Origin: Bacilli bacterium
Lineage (GTDB): Bacteria; Bacillota_I; Bacilli_A; RF39; UBA660
DNA: 64,000 nt
Assembly: GCA_017416535.1 (NCBI GenBank)
Contig: JAFQCG010000005.1
Span: 51,132 to 115,131, forward strand
Direction of reading: 5' to 3'
The notes under the pieces are model-generated. The model worked only from the letters and a program-made list of their open reading frames with translations. It ran no database searches and was not told the DNA's origin. The position numbers were made by a program, and so were the translations under genes. Below are positions 9,672-17,468 of the stretch, in pieces. The first letter of the stretch is position 1. Every line of letters begins with the position of its first letter.

Positions 9672-10751
9672 TTATTGTAATCCACAAATTCCACTTGAAG
9701 TTATATTAAATAACTCTAGGAATGCTGAAACTATATCTGGTAATATGAACAAACTTGCTGCAAGGATAAGTCTTATAATTAACTTATTTTGCGCTTTTTT
9801 CATTCCATCGTCATCTCCCATGACAACTACTTTGGCAAATTCAATACCACTCATAACTACTACTATAAATGGTCCAATTAATTTTACCCAGTTAAATATA
9901 ATTTGTAAGAAGTAAGCTACTGACTCTGGGTCATCATAACTTCCTAATATACTATTATCACCAGTACAATCTTGGTTTTGGTTATAGTCTTCTAACCATT
10001 CATCCATTTCTGGTTCACCAAGTGCTTTATGATATGAATTTGATGCTATTTCTTGTCCATCTATTAAATCATATCCTTTTACTTTTTTAGTTGATAATAA
10101 GTATTTATATTGATTTTCATCTACTTTAACATTTCTATATATTGTTACATCATTTACTTTATTATTAGCATATATCTTGTTAATTAGCTTACTATCTAAT
10201 TTAATTTCAATATTATTTATTTGGATTGATTCATTTGTTTCTACAAAATCTTTTCCATTAATAGACCATTCTTTTGTTCCATCATTTAATAATCTAAACA
10301 TTGGAATGAAATATTTATTTTCATTATATATTCCAACACTACCAATAGCAGTAGTATCTACTGCTTTTTTTACACTTATATTTTCCTTTGATGAATAGTT
10401 TTTTGTACTTACTTTTGTACATTTTCCATTACAATCTTCATCATTTTTCGCATTAACAAATATTGTTGTAAATAATGATGATTCTTCAATTGTAATTGTA
10501 GGACATACATAATTTATACTATTTGTCTTTGCTGATCTTAAATAATCTTCCTTAAAATTATCTGCATGATAAAAATTATTTTCTCCATCTGTAAAAGGTA
10601 CGTCAACTTTACTATTTATTGTGTAAACTAATTCTTTGTCTTGGTACATATATTTACACATTACTTTTTCTTCTTTTGCGTTGATATTATTTGGTATAAA
10701 CAAGATTGATATTATCATCAAAATCATACCAAAAAGTTGCATTTTTTTCAT
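9672..10751 (-). CDS. Secreted protein with a C-terminal VirB2/TrbC-like two-TM hairpin
   Basis: Signal peptide MKKMQLFGMILMIISILFIPNNINA. ~230-aa extracellular part. The C-terminal hairpin GPFIVVVMSGIEFAKVVVMGDDDGMKKAQNKLIIRLILAASLFILPDIV is paralogous to the 106-aa protein downstream of it. Confidence 0.5.
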   Translation of the reverse strand: MKKMQLFGMILMIISILFIPNNINAKEEKVMCKYMYQDKELVYTINSKVDVPFTDGENNFYHADNFKEDYLRSAKTNSINYVCPTITIEESSLFTTIFVNAKNDEDCNGKCTKVSTKNYSSKENISVKKAVDTTAIGSVGIYNENKYFIPMFRLLNDGTKEWSINGKDFVETNESIQINNIEIKLDSKLINKIYANNKVNDVTIYRNVKVDENQYKYLLSTKKVKGYDLIDGQEIASNSYHKALGEPEMDEWLEDYNQNQDCTGDNSILGSYDDPESVAYFLQIIFNWVKLIGPFIVVVMSGIEFAKVVVMGDDDGMKKAQNKLIIRLILAASLFILPDIVSAFLELFNITSSGICGLQ

Positions 10752-10795
10752 AAGATCACTCCAAATACATTATAACATATTAAGTATATCAGAAG

Positions 10796-10824
10796 AAAAA
10801 AAAAATAGCAATTTATTTACTATT
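10796..10824 (-). terminator. Weak intrinsic terminator or attenuator after the 106-aa pilin-like gene
   Basis: RNA sense aauagua-aauaaau-ugcuauu followed by a run of about 9-10 U, 20 nt after the stop at 10844. The stem is AU-rich, so it is weak. Confidence 0.3.
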
Positions 10825-10843
10825 TTTTATTTTGCTGTCAATA

Positions 10844-11164
10844 TTATACTGATTCCCAGCAAGACCACCAATCTCCTGTATTTCCAGTTCCACCTTTAGC
10901 AACAACATCCATTATTGCTTTAACTAGGAATACTACGAAGAAAATTAGTGCTGCATAAATTGCACGTTTAATTAATCTACTTTGTGCTGCTTTAACTTCT
11001 TTTTCGTCACTTGCTATTACAGCTTTACCAAAATCGATAACTGCATAAATAAGTAATGCAATTGGAATAACAATATATACTATTGGGAATAACCCGTTTT
11101 TAACTAAACTTACTAGTGGGTCTAATCCTCCACAAGCTGAAGCTAATTGAACTAATTCTAACAT
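10844..11164 (-). CDS. VirB2/TrbC-like pilin-type hairpin protein
   Basis: 106 aa with two hydrophobic helices separated by the basic loop SDEKEVKAAQSRLIKR. Cys before helix 1 (ASACGG) and after helix 2 (WSCWES). First gene of the T4SS block. Confidence 0.5.
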   Translation of the reverse strand: MLELVQLASACGGLDPLVSLVKNGLFPIVYIVIPIALLIYAVIDFGKAVIASDEKEVKAAQSRLIKRAIYAALIFFVVFLVKAIMDVVAKGGTGNTGDWWSCWESV

Positions 11165-11186
11165 ACAAACCTCTCCTTCAATGTAT

Positions 11187-11215
11187 ATAATACATTATAT
11201 CATTTTTTTTGTCAA
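11187..11215 (-). promoter_or_regulatory. Candidate sigma-A promoter in front of the T4SS block
   Basis: Minus-strand TTGACA (11210-11215), 17-nt spacer, TATTAT (11187-11192). Lies in the 55-nt gap between the TadZ-like gene and the pilin-like gene. Confidence 0.4.
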
Positions 11216-11219
11216 ATAT

Positions 11220-12284
11220 TTAACGTCTAAATAGACCAAATATTTTTCCAGAATTTCCACCTTGCGAAATTTGTAATAATCCAACTTTTGCAAGTAATTC
11301 TGTTATTATTTCATTTTTCTTTCTATCATTAACTGGTGGTAAATTAAAGAATGATTTAATTCCTGCTTCATACTCTAATTCACTTACATCTTTACTAGTT
11401 AATAGACTTTGATTAAATATAATCTTTTTATCTTTTATTTTACCAAAAATGTGCTTGTTTTTTCTGATTAATTTATTTAATTTCAATGTGCTTGGTTCTA
11501 ATAAATATAAAACATCATCACATATTGTATTATCTTCATAATCATTTAAGTCAACTAATATAACTGAGACACCACTATATCTTTCAATAACACTTTTTAC
11601 ATCATTAGTATTTGTTGATACCATGTTTTTATCATTATAGAATTGAAAATCGTTTTTATTAATTTCTATTCCTACTACATTATTTTCACCAAATACTGAT
11701 ACAAGTTCTTTTTTGAACATATATATTAAACTTGTTGCTCCTGCGTGGTCTGTAACATTTCTAACACCAATTTTAATTGTTCGAGCCATATTTCCTTGTT
11801 GGACAACTGCGTGAGCTGCTGGAGAAACAAATCCTCCACCTTGCTCCGGTTGGGCTTGTTCAACTGGTGCTGGTTGTTGAAGTTCTTGAATAACTCCGCC
11901 TCCACCCATTTGTTGAATTTGAGCAACATCATTATAAGTATTTGATTGTTTTAATAAATATTTTACTCCATCTATATTAGTTGTAAAGTTGTAGATTCCT
12001 AATGTTACTAATTTTGCTAGAAAATTAGGAGTACATAAACTGCTTCCTTCTGGAATGAAGAATATTATTTTTTCCGCATCTAATCCATCTGCTAATGCCT
12101 TATACATTAGAATGTTGTTATAATCCTTAATCGCAGTTACATCTAATACCATTTTACTATAGAAGAAATTTTTAAACATTTCAACTAGTTCATTTGCACT
12201 ATATGAACCTGTAATACTTTTAATTATATCAACATCAAGATTAGCCATTTTTCCTTGTTGTTCATTTGAAACTATAACATTCAT
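11220..12284 (-). CDS. TadZ/CpaE-like protein with a degenerate P-loop
   Basis: Receiver-like N-terminal ~115 aa and a Q/P/G-rich linker. The C-terminal ParA/MinD-like part has IKIGVRNVTDHAGATS where KGGxGKT/S is expected, then ILVDL. Located in a Tad gene context. Confidence 0.45.
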   Translation of the reverse strand: MNVIVSNEQQGKMANLDVDIIKSITGSYSANELVEMFKNFFYSKMVLDVTAIKDYNNILMYKALADGLDAEKIIFFIPEGSSLCTPNFLAKLVTLGIYNFTTNIDGVKYLLKQSNTYNDVAQIQQMGGGGVIQELQQPAPVEQAQPEQGGGFVSPAAHAVVQQGNMARTIKIGVRNVTDHAGATSLIYMFKKELVSVFGENNVVGIEINKNDFQFYNDKNMVSTNTNDVKSVIERYSGVSVILVDLNDYEDNTICDDVLYLLEPSTLKLNKLIRKNKHIFGKIKDKKIIFNQSLLTSKDVSELEYEAGIKSFFNLPPVNDRKKNEIITELLAKVGLLQISQGGNSGKIFGLFRR

Positions 12285-12302
12285 TCTGTATCACTCACCC
12301 TT

Positions 12303-12800
12303 TTAACTACCACGTTTAATAACTATAGGTTTTGTATCACCACGAACTTCAAATATTTTAGGCAATATTCGATTTACTATTGGTATATCTATATTTATTT
12401 GTGTTACCACTTTAAAGTATGACCTTTTCTTTGTGTCGTCTGCATTTCCTACCGAAATATCATTAATTGGTACTTCTTTAATACAATATCCAGCACCATT
12501 TCCACAATCCCATTCATTTTGATTTTCTGCTGCATCTGCATTTTTTCCAGTATCATTTTTTATATCTAAGTAAGGCGCATTATATCCTAAACTGTTCATA
12601 TAATCCTGAATTTTTAAATGACATGCATTAGTTGATTCGATTTTACAATCTCCTTCATATTCTTCAATTGTAGAAATAATTTTATTTTTAACTCTGAATG
12701 CTTTTGTATAATTAACATTAAGAGCTAAATATCCTGAAACTAAAGTAAGAAATACAATTATAATAGCTAAGTTAGCTATTCCACCAAAAGCATCACGCAT
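12303..12800 (-). CDS. TadE-like pseudopilin (minor pilin)
   Basis: N-terminus MRDAFGG-IANLAIIIVFLTLVSGYL has the same M[KR]DAxG leader plus hydrophobic helix as the adjacent small pilin. Remainder is extracellular with Cys residues. Confidence 0.5.
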   Translation of the reverse strand: MRDAFGGIANLAIIIVFLTLVSGYLALNVNYTKAFRVKNKIISTIEEYEGDCKIESTNACHLKIQDYMNSLGYNAPYLDIKNDTGKNADAAENQNEWDCGNGAGYCIKEVPINDISVGNADDTKKRSYFKVVTQINIDIPIVNRILPKIFEVRGDTKPIVIKRGS

Positions 12801-12818
12801 TTAAATACACCCTCTTTA

Positions 12819-12986
12819 TTACTTTTCTACTACAACCATTCCTGCTGGAGTACCACTAATATTATTCCATTGCGCATTTAACGAGTTTTGGATATTTGGC
12901 CACATAACCCAGAAGAATCCGATAACTGCAGCAATTGCTACTAAAGTAATTACTGTTAAGTTTAATTCACCTGTCGCATCTTTCAT
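12819..12986 (-). CDS. Flp-like (type IVc / class III signal) prepilin, 55 aa, absent from the ORF track
   Basis: My translation: MKDATGELNLTVITLVAIAAVIGFFWVMWPNIQNSLNAQWNNISGTPAGMVVVEK. SD aaaggatg lies 8 nt upstream. Sits between tadC and the TadE-like gene. The track does not list ORFs this short. Confidence 0.6.
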   Translation of the reverse strand: MKDATGELNLTVITLVAIAAVIGFFWVMWPNIQNSLNAQWNNISGTPAGMVVVEK

Positions 12987-13018
12987 TTACTTACACATCC
13001 TTTCATTATCATAATTTT

Positions 13019-13047
13019 ATTATAACAAATTAATATTTGTCATACAA
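13019..13047 (-). promoter_or_regulatory. Candidate promoter dedicated to the pilin gene
   Basis: Minus-strand TTGTAT (13042-13047), 17 nt, TATAAT (13019-13024), in the 77-nt gap after tadC. The AT-rich background makes this weak evidence. Confidence 0.3.
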
Positions 13048-13063
13048 CTTTTTTTAAATCGGT

Positions 13064-13870
13064 TTACATACTGAACATCATCATCATAGAGATTAAGATT
13101 ATTAACATTACACCAACTCCAGTAACGACTAACATTACCATTGTTTGAGATTCCATGAATCCTAAACGTTCTTTATATTTTGTTTCACGAGCTTTATTTT
13201 GTAAAGCTGATACTGTTTTTGAAAACATCATCAAACGTTCTTGTTTTTTCTCTTGTGAACCAAGACCTAAACGATATAATAAACGCATCATACGCATTGA
13301 GTCACGTACTGGATAAGTGTTTGCAAATTCCATATACGGATCAATTGTTGAATCACCAGCATTAATTCTATCGATTAGTTTTCTAAGTCCAGGTTTAAAT
13401 ATTTCAGGAGCATCTTCAATAGATTTTCCTAATGCTACTGGTACAGTATAATGTTGTATTAAAATTTCCAAACTTTTTAAATAGTATGGCAACATAATAT
13501 CAATTTCATGTAAATGTTTTTTATAATAACTTTTTAACTGAGAATATGATGATTTAAATACTACAAAAGCAACTACTGCAGATAGTGCTAAATATAAGAA
13601 GAACTCTGAACCTAATTGGTCTTGCTCTCCTCCACTAACTGCAAATGCTAGTACCATGAAGAATGTAAATATTCCATATGTTACTCTTTTCATATATAGC
13701 TGTTTAATATCAACACTTTCTCCATATCTTGCATATACTAAAAATTCATAATCTTTTTCTTTTAAAGCTTCTAAATATTTTTCATTATCGGCAAAGAATT
13801 TATTTTTATCGATGGTATTGTTATATATTAGTACGAATAATATGATTGCTCCTATAATTAATATTTCCAT
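13064..13870 (-). CDS. tadC: TadC-like platform protein (T2SS F family)
   Basis: 268 aa. TM helices flank a cytoplasmic GspF-type domain (LPYYLKSLEILIQHYTVPVALGKSIEDAP...). Second of two paralogous F-family genes after the CpaF ATPase. Confidence 0.75.
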   Translation of the reverse strand: MEILIIGAIILFVLIYNNTIDKNKFFADNEKYLEALKEKDYEFLVYARYGESVDIKQLYMKRVTYGIFTFFMVLAFAVSGGEQDQLGSEFFLYLALSAVVAFVVFKSSYSQLKSYYKKHLHEIDIMLPYYLKSLEILIQHYTVPVALGKSIEDAPEIFKPGLRKLIDRINAGDSTIDPYMEFANTYPVRDSMRMMRLLYRLGLGSQEKKQERLMMFSKTVSALQNKARETKYKERLGFMESQTMVMLVVTGVGVMLIILISMMMMFSM

Positions 13871-14772
13871 TATTCAGCACCTACATTCTCATTATAGTAT
13901 TTTTCTCCTTTTAAAAGGAAATATGTATTAACTACGATTACTGCATGTAGTAAAACTTGAATATACCATCTTTCTAATAAGATAATGTAACTTTCATTCC
14001 CTAATAAAAGCTGCACTAACATAACTAATAAATATAACGTTACACCGAATGTTAAGAAGTTTTTGTGGAAAGAAGCTCTTTCAATTCTGTCTCGATATAC
14101 ACTTTCAATTAACATGTCTATGTCTAATTGCATGTTATCTAGTGAGTCTGCTGAGTTTCTTGCACCTTCTTTTGTAATTTGTAAGAATAATTGATGCATA
14201 TTTTTAACTATATAATATGGATATAATTCACTCATATAATCTAATGCTTCATCAATTGTACCGTTATCATATGATAGTTCAATCATGTGGTTAACATCAC
14301 TTAGTACTGGGTCTTCAAGAATTCCTGAATTTCTAACTCCTTCTAGTGATTTAACAAATGATTGTGTTGTGGCAAATTCCATAATTACATTTGATGTATA
14401 TACTTGAATTTGCTCAAATATAAATTCACTATAAACTCTCTTACATCTTAAATAAGCTAAGTAAGGAACAAATGTTACGGCAATTGCTGCATACATTAAA
14501 CTTATTACGATGTTATAAAAATATAAGTATGATATTCCACCTGCTCCTCCTGCAAATAAACATATTTGCATAACATATTGTTTTGTTGAATATTCTTGAC
14601 CAAGTTCTTTTGCTTTTTCTCTAACAACTTTAAAGGAGAATGGTGCGTATTTATCATAAATTGTTTGTACTTGTTCAGTAATAAATTTACCAACGTTTTG
14701 TCCTTTATAATTTCTATATAGAAATACGCCAACAATTATTACTATTATAATTAATAATTCTTCTAAATACAT
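13870..14772 (-). CDS. tadB: TadB-like platform protein (T2SS F family)
   Basis: 300 aa with GspF-type architecture. Directly follows the CpaF-like ATPase and abuts tadC, with stop and start sharing nt 13870. Confidence 0.75.
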   Translation of the reverse strand: MYLEELLIIIVIIVGVFLYRNYKGQNVGKFITEQVQTIYDKYAPFSFKVVREKAKELGQEYSTKQYVMQICLFAGGAGGISYLYFYNIVISLMYAAIAVTFVPYLAYLRCKRVYSEFIFEQIQVYTSNVIMEFATTQSFVKSLEGVRNSGILEDPVLSDVNHMIELSYDNGTIDEALDYMSELYPYYIVKNMHQLFLQITKEGARNSADSLDNMQLDIDMLIESVYRDRIERASFHKNFLTFGVTLYLLVMLVQLLLGNESYIILLERWYIQVLLHAVIVVNTYFLLKGEKYYNENVGAE

Positions 14773-14784
14773 ACTTACTCCTTT

Positions 14785-16113
14785 CTATTCTGATAAACTA
14801 TCTAATTTAACTACAGCTGGTGCTGTAGGTTGAACTTGTGGTTGTTGTGGAGCTGATGCTGCAACTGGTGTTATTTGAGGACTTGGTGTTTGTGGTTGAA
14901 TTAATGTTGGTTCCTCTAGTTTTGCTTCTACTGTTGGTGTTGCTTTTTTCTCCTCTGTAACTGTCGCTGCAGGTTTTTCTTCACTTGCCACAGGTTCTTT
15001 TTTATCTTCAATTTTTTCTAGTTCAATATCATTTTGTTCTTTAAATGGCATTTCATCAGGTAGTTTATCAACAATTGCACTTACGTCGATATTTTGGTTT
15101 TCTAAGAATTGTAATAAGTGGGCGCTTGGCTTACGCATTACTGGTTTCTTACCAAATATCTTTTGGTAAATAATTCTTGATTGTGGAACATTGTTATCAT
15201 CTACGTAGAATTCACATACTTCATCTAATTCACGATGGAACTTTCCTCTTTCCTTACTATAATAAGCTTTAATGTGAACTCCTAATTGAATATAACGATA
15301 TATTGTTGTTAGGAATTGATTAACATCTAAGTCTGTTTCCATTAGGGAATATAGACGATATGGAATTGCTGAAGCTTTATCAGCATGGATTGTAGATAAA
15401 ATGTTGTGTCCTGATGAAATTGAGTTACGTACTGCTGAAACTGCTTCAGCACTACGTACTTCTGATAATAGAATCCATTTTGGATTCTGACGCATACAAG
15501 TAACTAAAACATCTGAGTAACTTGCAACGTTATTGGTCTTCATTGAAACAATATCTCTTTGTGGAAAAATTTTGTCTAAGTGAAGTTCCAATGTATCTTC
15601 TATTGTAATAATTTTTTCACTTGTTTTTGTATGACTTGCTAGATACTTAACAAACTCAGTTTTACCTGAACCTGTTTCTCCAGCTACCATGACGTTACAG
15701 TGCCCTTGAACACAATTAATTAGTAAGTCATGTACATCTTGAGTGAAATAATCGTCTTTTATCAACTTTTCTTTTTCCAAACGGATCTTTGCAGGAGTTT
15801 TACGAATAACTAATGCAATTCCGTTTGTTGCAATTGATTGGTGAACGAAGTTCATACGCAACTCAGCAGATTCAGCGTCCAAGAATGGTTTCGCATTATT
15901 GAATGTTGTTCCCATTACATTTGAACATTGGAATGCTAATTTTTCTACAAATTCTGGAGTTGCTCCATCTATTTCTACTCTTAAGGATCCTTGAGTTAGT
16001 GAACGAATCCATATTTGTCCTCCGTTACTATATGAAATATCGGTAATATCATCGTTGTCTAATAATGGACGAAATGCACCGAAGTCTAACTTGTCGAAAA
16101 TATTTTCATTCAT
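14785..16113 (-). CDS. tadA: TadA/CpaF-family pilus assembly ATPase with a P/Q/T/E-rich C-terminal tail
   Basis: Walker A VAGETGSGKTEF, Walker B region WILLSEVR, His box LSTIHA. ~75-aa low-complexity tail (...PQTPSPQITPVAASAPQQPQVQPTAPAVV...). Confidence 0.9.
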   Translation of the reverse strand: MNENIFDKLDFGAFRPLLDNDDITDISYSNGGQIWIRSLTQGSLRVEIDGATPEFVEKLAFQCSNVMGTTFNNAKPFLDAESAELRMNFVHQSIATNGIALVIRKTPAKIRLEKEKLIKDDYFTQDVHDLLINCVQGHCNVMVAGETGSGKTEFVKYLASHTKTSEKIITIEDTLELHLDKIFPQRDIVSMKTNNVASYSDVLVTCMRQNPKWILLSEVRSAEAVSAVRNSISSGHNILSTIHADKASAIPYRLYSLMETDLDVNQFLTTIYRYIQLGVHIKAYYSKERGKFHRELDEVCEFYVDDNNVPQSRIIYQKIFGKKPVMRKPSAHLLQFLENQNIDVSAIVDKLPDEMPFKEQNDIELEKIEDKKEPVASEEKPAATVTEEKKATPTVEAKLEEPTLIQPQTPSPQITPVAASAPQQPQVQPTAPAVVKLDSLSE

Positions 16114-16155
16114 CTAACTCACATCCCTTTAATTCTTCTTTTTTTATTCTTTATT

Positions 16156-16962
16156 TTATGTTTCATTCCAAACTGTAACTTTATTAATCCAGTCTTTTAG
16201 TGATTCACTACTAATTTCTAATTCTCCTGGTTCATCTTTTAAACTTTCGTTTGTTGGAACTGGAATTAGAGTTGAATCATATGTTCTTAAATATTCTGCT
16301 TTCTTTAATAAAATGTAATATTCCTCAGGTAAAGCAAATACGATCATTGCAGGTGTTCTTTTTTCATCTAGATTAGAGAATACTGCTTGTCCAGATGAAT
16401 CTTTAACTGCTAGAACTTTTACATTAGACATTAATTTACCTAACATGATTTTATTAGCATCGTCTGTCATTTCTTTTTCATCAGTAATTTTATTTACTGC
16501 TTTTAAATAAATATCGATATAGTTACCTGGATATACAGAGTTACCATATGTAGATTGTGTATTAACTGACATATTATATAATACATATCCTTTTGGATAA
16601 GTAAGAATAATATTAGCAGGTAATTGTTCTTTTTCTACAACTGTTCTGTCATAGAATAAACTACCTTCTGGAATTACTGTATCGGCACTTGCATATTTAT
16701 CAATTACTGCACTTTGTGAGGTGATTACACTACCTTCAAGCATTGATGGTGGAACTGCTCTTGTACCAACCATATCAGCAGTTATTTGTGTTCCTGGTGA
16801 TATTTGTTCTCTTGCATATGGTACATTGATTGGGTTAATTGCAGATTGTACACGCATATTATATGCTACATATAAAATTATAATTGCTGCAACTACACCT
16901 AGAACAGTTACTGTGTTTTTGTTTTGTAAAAACTTTTTAATTCCTGTACCTAAATTTCCCAT
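16156..16962 (-). CDS. cpaB: CpaB/RcpC-like Flp pilus assembly protein (SAF domain)
   Basis: N-terminal TM helix, then EQISPGTQITADMVGTRAVPPSMLEGSVI...IPEGSLFYDRTV, which is typical of CpaB. Confidence 0.8.
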   Translation of the reverse strand: MGNLGTGIKKFLQNKNTVTVLGVVAAIIILYVAYNMRVQSAINPINVPYAREQISPGTQITADMVGTRAVPPSMLEGSVITSQSAVIDKYASADTVIPEGSLFYDRTVVEKEQLPANIILTYPKGYVLYNMSVNTQSTYGNSVYPGNYIDIYLKAVNKITDEKEMTDDANKIMLGKLMSNVKVLAVKDSSGQAVFSNLDEKRTPAMIVFALPEEYYILLKKAEYLRTYDSTLIPVPTNESLKDEPGELEISSESLKDWINKVTVWNET

Positions 16963-16982
16963 TTTATTCCTCTCCTTTACTA

Positions 16983-17465
16983 TTATTTAATATTTTTTTC
17001 TCTATCTTCAATTGACATTCCTGTTGAGTCAGTATGATCTTGAAGCGCGTTTTCTGTAAAAGGATCTTCTGTATAATCTGTTTCTAAAATCGCATCTAAT
17101 GCTGTAGAAATATTTGCTGCTTGACCAGAGAAACTTAATACAGTATTTGAATCAACTTTTACACTTACCTTTGGTGGTACTTCGTTGATATCATAAAAAC
17201 TTAGTGTATATGAACGTGTAGCATCAACGCTATCCGCGAATCGACGAAGGAAACTCTCAACGAATTTCTCTTTGTCGATTCTTAATTGCGAATTAAGTCG
17301 GTAATATTCAATATCCACTGCGTCTTCCATAGCGGCTTCTGTTGTTTCTTTTACAAGGTAGTAATCTAATTCTCCACCTGTAGAATAGTTACTAATTACG
17401 TTAATTAGTAATAATGAAATTAAGCTTAGTAAGATGATTCCTACTGTTAACATACTCTTATTCAT
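16983..17465 (-). CDS. Membrane-anchored hypothetical protein, possibly a minor pilin-like component
   Basis: N-terminal helix MLTVGIILLSLISLLLINVI followed by a small extracellular domain. No M[KR]DAxG leader. Confidence 0.45.
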   Translation of the reverse strand: MNKSMLTVGIILLSLISLLLINVISNYSTGGELDYYLVKETTEAAMEDAVDIEYYRLNSQLRIDKEKFVESFLRRFADSVDATRSYTLSFYDINEVPPKVSVKVDSNTVLSFSGQAANISTALDAILETDYTEDPFTENALQDHTDSTGMSIEDREKNIK

Positions 17466-17468
17466 ATA

